From: an uncultured Verrucomicrobiae bacterium
GTDB taxonomy: Bacteria; Verrucomicrobiota; Verrucomicrobiia; Chthoniobacterales; JAFAMB01
Direction: 5' to 3'
Assembly (NCBI GenBank): GCA_963808535.1
Contig: CAWEGF010000013.1
Location: forward strand, 70 to 64,069
DNA length: 64,000 nt
The translations under genes were made by a program, and so were the position numbers. Positions 22,236-31,162 of the stretch are shown here, piece after piece (position 1 is the first letter of the stretch; each line of letters begins with the position of its first letter). Under the pieces are notes generated by a model, which did not search any database, was not told the origin of the DNA, and saw only the letters and a list, made by a program, of their open reading frames with translations.

Positions 22236-22403
22236 GGGGCAGGGGAGTTAGGCGCCGAAGAATCGGTTGGTAGTCTGCGCTAAAATATAGTGCCGTGCTC
22301 ATAAGTCAGTGACAAGATAGCATAGAGCAAATGTTTATCTTATTTCGCCGGTTCATTGTTTTATGCCCCGAAGAAGGGTTAGACTGGTCCGATCTCACCG
22401 TAA

Positions 22404-22695
22404 AGGTAACACTTTTGTCTCACTATTTGGGTGACACCCCAGGTTTCGATTTGGCCTGGGGTGCGTCCGAGAGAGTCACAGATTTGAGATGGAAACTGAT
22501 GGATCGATCAGGTTGAAAAAAGAGCGCGAATCTCACGATCACGCTCTGGGAAAAGGAAAGGCGTAAGACGCAGGATAAAAATGCTCTACCTGGGTGACAA
22601 TGTCGACAGGGGCTCTCTACGAGCCGCAAAACGAATACTGTCACCCAAATGGTGAGGCAAAGTGTAACCTAAATAGTGAGACAAAAGTGTTACCC
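22404..22695. mobile_element. MITE-like element with terminal inverted repeats
   Basis: GTAACACTTTTGTCTCACTATTTGGGTGACA (22404-) is matched in reverse complement by TGTCACCCAAATGGTGAGGCAAAGTGTAAC (degenerate). That is immediately followed by AAATAGTGAGACAAAAGTGTTAC (perfect 23 nt) at ~22638-22695. The ~200-bp core has internal hairpins. Confidence 0.4.
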
Positions 22696-22704
22696 ATACC
22701 TGAG

Positions 22705-23270
22705 ACCCCACCAGCTTTCAGCCCAGGGTTTTAAGCCTGGGAATCGCCCCTCCCACGGATTCCGCCCTGAAGCTGAAGGGCGCTAGAAGGGCGATGACAC
22801 GAGCGTTTTTCTTGCCTGGCGCGGCACGATTCTCTGGCGCCCCTTCAGGGCGCGCCGCATAAAACAACACACCCAGGGTAAACCCTGGGCTATGCTTTCA
22901 TGCCCCTTCGGGGCGCAAACCGCTTAAGGTTTTATCGCCGACCCCAAACAAGTGAATAAGTTAGCTGATATATTCTAGCAGAATATGTTTCTATAGTCTC
23001 CGCCCTCTACGGAAACGGCCCTGAAGGGGCTTGAAAGCATAGCCCAGGGTTTACCCTGGGTATCTTGTTTATGCGGTGCGCCCTGAAGGGGCGCCAGAAG
23101 GCCATCTAATCAGGGGCGCCGTGGATGTAACGCTCGAAGCGAAACCGACGAAGACCGGTCTTGGCTTTTCCTCGGCGTCGGTCACGATTCTGACGCCCCT
23201 ACAGGGCGTGCTGCCATAAAACAAGATACCAGGGTAAACCCTGGGGCTTCTAGCCCCTTCGGGGCGCGAA
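22705..23270. repeat. Cluster of REP-like palindromic units (family 5), three ~85-bp copies in +,-,+ orientation
   Basis: The unit GCGCCCCTTCAGGGCGC..CATAAAACAA..ACCCAGGGTAAACCCTGGGCTATGCTTTCATGCCCCTTCGGGGCGC occurs at ~22840-22918, as reverse complement at ~23003-23100, and at ~23193-23268. Partial copies are at ~9585 and 11085-11235. Confidence 0.5.
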
Positions 23271-23371
23271 CCTGAGTTCATGGCGAACAATTTCTGTGGA
23301 CCACCCCGCCACAAAATTTCGACGCTGGTCTTCTCTCAAGGCTTGTCCTAAAGTGTCCATCCCTTCTTTTT

Positions 23372-25060
23372 ATGAAATCCAAGCCCGCCCCCAATCCCCG
23401 CCAATTTTCAGGACCGATGTTAGATGGACCGGAGAGAGCCGCTAGTCGGGGAATGTTGTACGCCGTGGGCTTCAAAAAGGAGGATTTTCAGAAGACGATC
23501 ATCGGAGTGGCGTCCACCTGGAGCATGGTGACACCGTGCAATGTCCATATCGACGGTTTAGCCCGGGAATCAGCGAAAGGTGTCGACGAGGCGGGCGCTA
23601 AATCGATCATTTTCAACACCATCACGATCTCGGACGGTATTTCGATGGGAACGGAAGGCATGAAATACTCGCTGGTCTCCAGAGAGGTGATTGCGGATTC
23701 TATCGAGACGGTCGCCGGATGCGAAGGATTCGATGGACTGGTGGCCATTGGTGGTTGCGACAAAAACATGCCAGGCTGCCTGATCGCCCTGTCACGGTTG
23801 AACCGGCCTTCGGTGTTTGTCTATGGGGGAACGATTCTCCCGGGCTGTATCGGCAATCGGAACATCGATATCGTTTCCATCTTCGAAGCCGTGGGCGCCC
23901 ATTCTAACGGAAAGATTTCCGATGGCGAACTGGAACAAGTCGAATCATGTGCGATTCCGGGACCCGGTTCTTGCGGCGGAATGTACACCGCGAATACCAT
24001 GGCTTCGGCGATCGAGGCGATGGGGATGAGTCTACCCAACAGCTCCGCGCAGTCAGCGATTTCGAAAGAAAAGTTGGCCGATGCCGCTTCAGCCGGCGCC
24101 GCGGTAGTGGAACTGGTCAAACGTGGAATTCGTCCCTCCGATATCATGACCAAGGAAGCTTTCGAGAACGCCATGACGGTGGCCATCGCGCTCGGCGGTT
24201 CGACCAATGCAGTTCTGCATCTGCTGGCGATGGCCAATGCCGCAGGGATTAAACTAAAGCTCGATGATTGGACCCGCATTGGTAAAAACGTTCCCGTTTT
24301 GGCTGATCTCAAGCCGAGCGGGAAGCATCTGATGTGGGAGCTGGTACAGATCGGCGGAATTATGCCGATGATGAAGATGCTTCTTAACAACGGCCTCTTG
24401 CACGGCGACTGCCTGACCGTGAGCGGAAAAACATTGAAGCAGAACCTCGCGAAGGTGGAAAATTATCCGAAAGACCAGACGATCATTCGCGGGTTCAAAG
24501 ATCCGATCAAATCCAGCAGCCATCTAGTCGTGCTTTACGGAAATCTGGCCCCTGGAGGTGCGGTTGCTAAAATTTCCGGTAAAGAAGGACTCACTTTCAA
24601 AGGCAAAGCACGAGTCTTCGAGTCCGAAGAAAAGGCGTTGCGCGCCATTCTGGACGATAAGATTCGCAAAGGGGATGTCATCGTCATTCGCTACGAAGGC
24701 CCCAAAGGAGGACCCGGAATGCGCGAGATGCTGGCCCCCACCTCAGCGATTATGGGCAAAGGTCTCGGGAAAGAAGTGGCGCTGATTACTGACGGACGGT
24801 TCTCAGGCGGTAGTCATGGATTTGTCATCGGACATGTGACCCCAGAAGCGTTTGTCGGCGGTCCGATTGCCATCATCAAGAACGGTGATCCGATCGAGAT
24901 CGACGCGGAGAAGAAGGTGATCGAAATCATGATTCCAAAGGCCGAACTGGCGGCTCGGCTTAAAAAGTGGAAGCAGCCGAGACCGAGATACACTAAAGGT
25001 GTCCTGGCTAAGTACGCGGCACAGGTCAGTTCGGCGTCGCTTGGCGCCGTGACGGATTGA
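23372..25060 (+). CDS. ilvD: Dihydroxy-acid dehydratase
   Basis: 562-aa intact ORF with [54 protein letters not shown] and [11 protein letters not shown]. Confidence 0.95.
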   Translation: MKSKPAPNPRQFSGPMLDGPERAASRGMLYAVGFKKEDFQKTIIGVASTWSMVTPCNVHIDGLARESAKGVDEAGAKSIIFNTITISDGISMGTEGMKYSLVSREVIADSIETVAGCEGFDGLVAIGGCDKNMPGCLIALSRLNRPSVFVYGGTILPGCIGNRNIDIVSIFEAVGAHSNGKISDGELEQVESCAIPGPGSCGGMYTANTMASAIEAMGMSLPNSSAQSAISKEKLADAASAGAAVVELVKRGIRPSDIMTKEAFENAMTVAIALGGSTNAVLHLLAMANAAGIKLKLDDWTRIGKNVPVLADLKPSGKHLMWELVQIGGIMPMMKMLLNNGLLHGDCLTVSGKTLKQNLAKVENYPKDQTIIRGFKDPIKSSSHLVVLYGNLAPGGAVAKISGKEGLTFKGKARVFESEEKALRAILDDKIRKGDVIVIRYEGPKGGPGMREMLAPTSAIMGKGLGKEVALITDGRFSGGSHGFVIGHVTPEAFVGGPIAIIKNGDPIEIDAEKKVIEIMIPKAELAARLKKWKQPRPRYTKGVLAKYAAQVSSASLGAVTD

Positions 25061-25073
25061 AAACAGGAGAAAA

Positions 25074-25312
25074 TTAACCACAGATTTCACAGATTACACA
25101 GATTGAGGAAATGGGTTGGCCTTCAGGCGCCTAACGATTTGGCGGCGAAAGACGCACCTCTTAACAAATCCTGTGCAAAAAAAACCTGTGGCCAAAACAC
25201 CTCTCTCCCGACGTCGTGGGCTGAGACAAAGCCTGCCCCGCCGGCAAACCGTCACCCGCCCAAAGGCCCAACCCATTTCCAAATCTGTGTAATCTGTGAA
25301 ATCTGTGGTTAA
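25074..25312. mobile_element. Family-1 MITE copy 1 (TTAA..TTAA, 239 bp)
   Basis: TTAACCACAGATTTCACAGATTACACAGATT at 25074 has its exact 31-nt reverse complement ending at 25312. The core is homologous to the copies at 39718-39935 and 47196-47409. Confidence 0.6.
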
Positions 25313-25986
25313 ATTTTTTCTTTGAATGCTTTCGCATTCTGCAGAGTTGCCGCTTTTGCGATGCGCTCTAACCAGGGCAGCATCTCGATTCCCGAGAACC
25401 GGGTGGGAACGTTCCGTTCGATGATCACTTCTTTTTCATCCATCTCAAGCAAGCCCCAGCCGAGGGGGATCTCATGTTCATTAAGCAACCCCGGCGTGGT
25501 TACCAAATAATGAAGATTCCCCAATTTGTACCGGCTCATCAGGTCAAACTTCGTGTTATCGAATACTTGGCGCTGAATGCAGGCGATCTTTTGGATCGTT
25601 TGCCGGTAAGTCGCGTGATCGATCGCCCGGAAGTCAAAGGTGGCCCATTCCGGGAAAAGCGAATCCGAGGTTCGGAGAGACGGATAGTGCACCGCCAAAA
25701 GGCACTCCAGTTTATCCCGGCGTTCCTGTAGATTCTTCAATTTGGCGGTTAGCTCGTTTTGACGGTGATTGTCGCGGTCCAAATCTCCGCGGCTTTGTTT
25801 GCATTCAAACACCGCAACGGTTGCTTCGCCTTGCCGGCGGTCCAAACGGACAGCCGCGACATCGACTCGGAATCGGGATCGGGGAGCGCGAACTTCCATG
25901 GCGCAGCAACGAAATCCACGAGCGCACGCCCAAAGGAACGTCTTTTCTTTCAGGCGCCGGTGCATCTCCGATTCGCCGGCGCTCAC
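25309..25986 (-). CDS. MmcB-like PD-(D/E)xK nuclease-fold protein with a ~90-aa internal insertion (start GTG 25986 or ATG 25965)
   Basis: RFRVDVAAV...VAVFECKQSRGDLDRD fits the D...(D/E)xK core. The later GNLHYLVTTPGLLNEHEIPLGWGLLE resembles the second conserved block of MmcB-family proteins. A coiled segment (NELTAKLKNLQERRDKLE) lies between them. Confidence 0.5.
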   Translation of the reverse strand: MSAGESEMHRRLKEKTFLWACARGFRCCAMEVRAPRSRFRVDVAAVRLDRRQGEATVAVFECKQSRGDLDRDNHRQNELTAKLKNLQERRDKLECLLAVHYPSLRTSDSLFPEWATFDFRAIDHATYRQTIQKIACIQRQVFDNTKFDLMSRYKLGNLHYLVTTPGLLNEHEIPLGWGLLEMDEKEVIIERNVPTRFSGIEMLPWLERIAKAATLQNAKAFKEKI

Positions 25987-25989
25987 AAC

Positions 25990-26481
25990 CTATTTCGCGT
26001 ATCCGTCCTTCGAAAAGCCAGTCGCACCGCCAAGATAGACGGCGACGTAATCATCGAATCGCCCGTAGAAACGAAGCTTCGGAAGTTCAGTCACCGTGTA
26101 TAACCGCCCGTGAATGATCCGGTGCCATTCGGTATCGTAAATGACAATCGGGCTCAATGGTTGGCCATCCGGCACTTCAACCCCGTAGCGGCCGAGTCGC
26201 TCTTGCGCGTCGCGAAGGGATCCCGGCTCTTTTCGTGCTTGGTCGGTGGTCAGTGGCCCGGCATCCACAGCGACGAAGCGGACTGCTAAAGCTCTTTGTA
26301 ACTCCGAATCTGAGAGTGAGCTAAGAAGAGACTCTGCCGTCTGCCTGGCCTGTGTCTCTTGTTGAGCGGTCAAAGAATAGCGACCGGCAACGACATTGTT
26401 AGGATCCTCAACGAGTAACCTTGTTTTCGCTCCGGCGAATTGCGCGCATAACAGCAGAAGACCGGCGATCCAGCGTCTCAT
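25990..26481 (-). CDS. Secreted hypothetical protein (164 aa)
   Basis: Signal-like MRRWIAGLLLLCAQFAGA. The stop is 3 nt before the start of the MmcB-like gene. Confidence 0.4.
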   Translation of the reverse strand: MRRWIAGLLLLCAQFAGAKTRLLVEDPNNVVAGRYSLTAQQETQARQTAESLLSSLSDSELQRALAVRFVAVDAGPLTTDQARKEPGSLRDAQERLGRYGVEVPDGQPLSPIVIYDTEWHRIIHGRLYTVTELPKLRFYGRFDDYVAVYLGGATGFSKDGYAK

Positions 26482-26527
26482 GGTACGGCGAGAATAGGGG
26501 CAAAAAGAGCCGGCAGGCAAGCAGGAA

Positions 26528-26870
26528 ACAGAGAGCGCGGAGTTACTGAACGAGAGCACGGAGGGGACGGATTTACCACAGAGACACAGAGGGCACGGAG
26601 GTTCGGAAATAATTTGAGGGGCGTCGATCTCACGTTATTTCTCACGTTGGCGGCCGGAACGGTCTTGGGCGGCGCTCCGATCCGCCGAACCCTTGACCGA
26701 ACGGCGTGATTTATCCGGATCTGAAATCTGAAATTTAATCATTTCCGAAACTCCGTGTTCTCTGTGTCTATGTGGTAAAATCCTTCCCCTCCGTGCCCTC
26801 CTTCTCCCCCTCTGCGCTCTCCGAAGGTTCGTGTTGGTGGTAAAAACATCCCCTTTGTGCTCTCCTTCTT
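26528..26870. repeat. Family-2 inverted-repeat element (~80-bp arms, ~130-bp core) plus an extra half-arm
   Basis: Left arm ..GAGAGCACGGAGGGGACGGATTTACCACAGAGACACAGAGGGCACGGAGGTTCGGAAAT. The right arm is its imperfect reverse complement (ATTTCCGAAACTCCGTGTTCTCTGTGTCTATGTGGTAAAATCC..). An additional GTGGTAAAAACATCCCCTTTGTGCTCTCC sits just before ATG 26873. Confidence 0.5.
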
Positions 26871-26872
26871 CT

Positions 26873-27751
26873 ATGCAAGTCTCTCTTACATTTCGATTCA
26901 ACGACGGCACGGAGGTGCGCCGGCTCGGCTATGGCGCGATGCGTTTGACTGGTCAGCCTGGGAACTTCGGCCCTTATGAGCCTTGGGACGCCGGCAAGCT
27001 GGTCCTCCGACGCGCCCTCGACCTAGGGATCAACTTTATTGATACCGCACGAGCTTACGGACCTGGTTGGAACGAGAAACTAGTGGCCGAAGCTCTTCAC
27101 CCTTACCCCGAAGGATTGTTTATCGCGACCAAGGGTGGAGTGGTAAAAAAATCGGCCACGGAACGGCATCTGGATGGAACACCAAATGGCCTGCGGCGTG
27201 ATTGCGAAGAGAGTCTGAAAAATTTACGCGTCGATTGCATCGACTTGTATCAACTTCATTGGGTGGATCCTGACGTGCCGTTAAGCGAATCCGTGATGGG
27301 GCTGGCACGACTCCAGCAGGAAGGGAAGATTCGGCTGATCGGTCTTTCTAACATTACGGTCGAACAATTGGAGGAGGTGAGGTCCATCACCCAGATCGCT
27401 TCGGTACAGAATCGCTACAGCGTCGGGGAGAAACAGGGAGATTCGATGGTGGCATTCTGTGAACGCGAAGGAGTGGCTTTCGTGCCTTACGGGCCTTTGG
27501 GTGCAGATCCCATGAAACAGGGGGCGCCGCTCGCTTCCGCCGCAGGTGCTCTGGCAGAGATTGGGAAAGAACTCGGAGCTACTACCACCCAAGTCGCTTT
27601 GAGCTGGCTGCTGCATCGAGCTCCAAACATCCTTCCGATTCCAGGAACAACCTCCATCGCTCATCTGGAAGAAAATGTGGCCGCTGTTAGTCTGAGCCTG
27701 ATGCCGGAACAGTTGCAGCAGCTCGAAAGCGATGTCGAACGCACCAGTTGA
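26873..27751 (+). CDS. Aldo/keto reductase
   Basis: LGYGAMRLTG, GINFIDTARAYGPG.NEKLVAEAL, DLYQLHWVDP, GLSN, IPIPGTTSIAHLEEN. Confidence 0.9.
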   Translation: MQVSLTFRFNDGTEVRRLGYGAMRLTGQPGNFGPYEPWDAGKLVLRRALDLGINFIDTARAYGPGWNEKLVAEALHPYPEGLFIATKGGVVKKSATERHLDGTPNGLRRDCEESLKNLRVDCIDLYQLHWVDPDVPLSESVMGLARLQQEGKIRLIGLSNITVEQLEEVRSITQIASVQNRYSVGEKQGDSMVAFCEREGVAFVPYGPLGADPMKQGAPLASAAGALAEIGKELGATTTQVALSWLLHRAPNILPIPGTTSIAHLEENVAAVSLSLMPEQLQQLESDVERTS

Positions 27752-27757
27752 ATGCGG

Positions 27758-29398
27758 CTATTTTGCCACCAGCCGCAGCCAGGAATATCCGTAGGGCGGG
27801 AGCTTGAGTTTTATTTTCTCGTCCAGGATCGGTTCGTTTTCCTGTTCCTCAAACAGGTTAACAAAATGATCGAACTCATTTTTCCAAAGCCGAACGGTCA
27901 CACTCTCCGCTTCTTGGGAAAGATTGTGAGCCGCTAAGACGGCACTCCCGGCTTCGTCTTCACAAGCGTGAGCAAAAACTGTCTTTGGCTTGTCTGTTTC
28001 CAGAATTCTGTAGGTTCCGGTGCCGAACTCCGGAAATTCCTTGCGGGTGCGAATCATCCGCTCCAGGCGATTGAGAAGAGAAGCGGGCTCGCGGCGGGAT
28101 TTCTGTACGTTTACGCGGTGATAACTGAATGGGCCTTTGCTGATTACCGGGCGGCGCAGCGCTTCCTTGGTGGCGGTCGAGAACCCTCCATTTCGTTCAC
28201 TGGTCCACTGCATCGGTGTCCGCACGCTATTCCTCTCCTCGAGTGAAAGATCCTCTCCCATGCCAATCTCATCGCCATACCAAAACACCGGGGTGCCCGG
28301 AATGGTGAAGATCAGACTGTAGGCCAGCAAGGTTTTCGCTAAGTCTCCGTGGAACATTGGCGCCAATCGGCGACGAATCCCCCGGTCGTACAGCTGCATC
28401 GTCTTTTTCGGCGCAAAGGTTCGGAAACATTGTTCCTTTTCCAACTCAGCCAATCGGCTTAAGTCAAGCTCGTCATGGTTGCGGAGAAAATAGGCCCAGT
28501 GACAGTTAGCGGGGATTTGCGGAAGCGCGCTTAAACTGCGCACAATCGGTTCCGGGCTCTGTTGCGCGAGCGCGAGAAATAAATGGGGATTAACATAGAA
28601 ATTTAGCAACAGGTTCATCCGTTGCCCTTCGGCTCCAAAAAATTCCATTAACTGATCCGGAGCTACGTTAGCTTCGGCCAGCAAGATAGCATCCCCGGTT
28701 TTCCAACGCAGAAATTCCCGAAATTCGTGCAGGTATTCGAACGTTTCGTGAGGATGTTTTCCGGCCTGGGCACCTTTCGCGGCAATCACGAACGGCGCAG
28801 CGTCCACTCGAAAACCCGAAACCCCTAACGCCGCCCAAAAACCCAGGATCTTCTTTATTTCCTCTCGCACTTCCGGGTTAGCGGTATTCAGATCCGGTTG
28901 ATAGCTATAAAAACGGTGGAAGTAGTAGGCTTTGGCTAACCGGTCATATTGCCAGACCCCTTTTTGTTTTCCCGGAAAAACGACTTCATCGCTGGTGTCC
29001 CCGGGAGGGTCCGTACGCCATACGTAATAGTCATAGTATTTTGGGTGCTTCCGGCGCGCTTGTTGAAACCAGGGATGCCGGTTGGAGGTATGGTTAACCA
29101 CCAGGTCGATAATTACCCTGATCCCGCGGTTCCGGGCTTCATCCATGAAGGCGACAAAGTCGCCGAAATCACCGAGAGCCGGATCGACCGAGAGGTAGTC
29201 CGTTACGTCATAGCCGTCGTCACGGTCAGGTGACGTGAAAAAAGGGAGTAACCAGATACACGTTACTCCCAACCCCGCTAGATAACTGAGCCCCTGACGA
29301 AGACCGATAAAATCGCCGATTCCGTCTCCATTCCCATCTTTGAAGACATCTACTTCCAGGCAATAGATGACGGCGTTTTTGAACCAAAGGCTTTGCAC
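27758..29398 (-). CDS. GH13 alpha-amylase-family enzyme, trehalose synthase (TreS)-like
   Basis: WFKNAVIYCLEVDVFKDGNGDGIGDFIGL..LGVTCIWLLPFFTSPDRDDGYDVTDY..IRVIIDLVVNHTSNRHPWFQQARR. GFRVDAAPF, LLAEAN and FLRNHDELDL are GH13 conserved regions I-IV. Confidence 0.8.
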   Translation of the reverse strand: MQSLWFKNAVIYCLEVDVFKDGNGDGIGDFIGLRQGLSYLAGLGVTCIWLLPFFTSPDRDDGYDVTDYLSVDPALGDFGDFVAFMDEARNRGIRVIIDLVVNHTSNRHPWFQQARRKHPKYYDYYVWRTDPPGDTSDEVVFPGKQKGVWQYDRLAKAYYFHRFYSYQPDLNTANPEVREEIKKILGFWAALGVSGFRVDAAPFVIAAKGAQAGKHPHETFEYLHEFREFLRWKTGDAILLAEANVAPDQLMEFFGAEGQRMNLLLNFYVNPHLFLALAQQSPEPIVRSLSALPQIPANCHWAYFLRNHDELDLSRLAELEKEQCFRTFAPKKTMQLYDRGIRRRLAPMFHGDLAKTLLAYSLIFTIPGTPVFWYGDEIGMGEDLSLEERNSVRTPMQWTSERNGGFSTATKEALRRPVISKGPFSYHRVNVQKSRREPASLLNRLERMIRTRKEFPEFGTGTYRILETDKPKTVFAHACEDEAGSAVLAAHNLSQEAESVTVRLWKNEFDHFVNLFEEQENEPILDEKIKLKLPPYGYSWLRLVAK

Positions 29399-29453
29399 AA
29401 TGTAAAATTCGAGATGTCTAGCCAGCGATAACGGCCATCTCTCGCTTTTGGCG

Positions 29454-29753
29454 CTACAATTTTTCGTCAGAATCGGTCGGGTCCGGAGAAAGATCCTCCA
29501 ATTCCTCTTCGACGTTTAGCGGCCTGGAAAGATGCAACTGCTCGTCCTCGGGAATCTCCGAATCAAGACCGTCCTCCGGCGGGCGTGTCCGAGCATCTTC
29601 TTCGTCATATTCACCGATCACGGTCCGTTGCGTTCCCCGGGTACCCGCTGGCTCAGCAAGCGGGTCAAGGACCTGTCCCGGAGATTCGGCTTCGCTGAGA
29701 GCCTCCTCTTGAGCTTCGGTATCGTTCGTGCCTTCTTCCTTGTTTGTACTCAT
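29454..29753 (-). CDS. Acidic hypothetical protein (99 aa)
   Basis: Open frame, very Glu/Asp-rich, with no recognisable domain. Confidence 0.3.
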   Translation of the reverse strand: MSTNKEEGTNDTEAQEEALSEAESPGQVLDPLAEPAGTRGTQRTVIGEYDEEDARTRPPEDGLDSEIPEDEQLHLSRPLNVEEELEDLSPDPTDSDEKL

Positions 29754-29870
29754 TGCCTGATGTTCGCGTCTCGGTACTTCCTCAGCTGCATGGAACCGGG
29801 AGAGGTGGGGAGATGAGGGAGGAGTGATGGAGTGGTGGAACGACTTGGCGTTTGAATTTCCGAGTTTGTT

Positions 29871-30952
29871 TTAGCTCCCACTCACTTCCGCCGTGAGCGC
29901 TTCGAGTAGCGGTCGCATCGTGTCGACGTTTTCATCTCCCATGTTTGAGATCCGAAACGTTTTTCCTTTGATTTTCCCATAACCGCCATCGATCTGGAAG
30001 CCGTGCTTTTCCCGAACGCGTTTGGTGAACGCTGCCACGTCAATCTCCCGGTTGTTTTTCACGCAGGTCAATGTGATGGACCGATATCCTTCCTGGGCGA
30101 AGAACTCGAATCCATTGGCTGGTCACCCATTCGTGAACCAGGCGATTAGTTTGCCGATGTCGCGCAAACCTGTTTTCCAGACCCTCACTGAAAATATCTT
30201 CCAGTTTCGACTGCAAGGCGTAGATATGCGAGATGGTGGGAGTACTAGGCGTCATGAACTCTTCGGCGTTCTTTTCGAATTCGAGCAGATCGAAGTAGTA
30301 CCCGCGGTCATTAAGTCTGAGCGGCGCGTTCGAAAGCCGCTTCCGAGGCGGCAAATAAGGAAAAGCCGGGAGGTAAGGCCAAAGCTTTCTGACTACCCGT
30401 TAACATCAGATCAATGCCGAGTTCGTCCATCGGGATGGGTAAAGCGGAAAAGGATGAAACGGTGTCGACAATGGAGAGGACTTCGGGATATTTGCGAAAA
30501 ACTTCGCTGATTTCCCGGAGCGGACTCATGACGCCGGTTGAAGTCTCGTTATGGATCAGTGTTACGGCATCGAACTGGCCGGTGGCGAGCTGGGCATCTA
30601 CCTCCCTTGGATCGATCGGTTTACCCCATTCCACCTGTAGAGGAACGGCCTCTTTGCCGCAGCGCTTCGAAACATCAAACCACTTATCGGAAAATGCCCC
30701 GCACATGCAGTTCAAGACTCGTTTCTTGACCAAGTTGCGAATCGCCCCCTCCATGACGCCCCAAGCCGACGAAGTCGACAGGAAGACTGGTTGCCGGGTT
30801 TGAAAAAGTTGCTGAAGTCCCGGGTAGATCGCTCGATAAAGCGCCTTAAAGTCGGCACTGCGATGCCCGATCATCGGGCCGGTCATGGCCGCCAAAGTCT
30901 TTGCTGATACTTCCACCGGCCCAGGAATGAAAAGTTTGATCTTCTTAGTCAT
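29871..30952 (-). pseudogene. Class-V (serine-pyruvate/alanine-glyoxylate type) PLP aminotransferase, 2-3 frame changes
   Basis: MTKKIKLFIPGPVEV.., LIHNETSTGV, SIVDTVSS, and TGSQKALALPPG (PLP lysine) in 30311-30997. Continuation pieces are 30040-30354 and 29871-30071 (FRISNMGD). Confidence 0.8.
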
Positions 30953-31162
30953 CGCTACTTGTTGAATCTGGGAAGCCCCGTCGAAAACACAACTCAATTC
31001 TCAAGTACATAAACCGTCCCGGTTTACCTCCTCTTTCTCGTGTACGTAATCCCTCCCGGCTTACCTCCTTCATTTTCATTCACCTAAATCGTCCTTCGGG
31101 TTACCCCCTCGAAACGAGAAAAAGCTATGAGAACCCTGCTTACTATCTAGAAACCCTGTCTA

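Noticed and set aside
22236-22403. Possible small RNA or riboswitch between the response regulator and the MITE-like element
   Set aside because: I could identify no conserved riboswitch or sRNA signature by eye, and there is no terminator-like structure.
23821-24390. 189-aa ORF antisense to ilvD
   Set aside because: It lies wholly inside the strongly supported ilvD frame and has no recognisable motifs, as is typical of antisense ORFs in moderately GC-rich DNA. The same applies to 4371-4898 (antisense to the SBP gene), 40538-41260 (antisense to pyrC), 43132-43722 (antisense to apbC) and 8092-8676 (antisense to the HAD gene).
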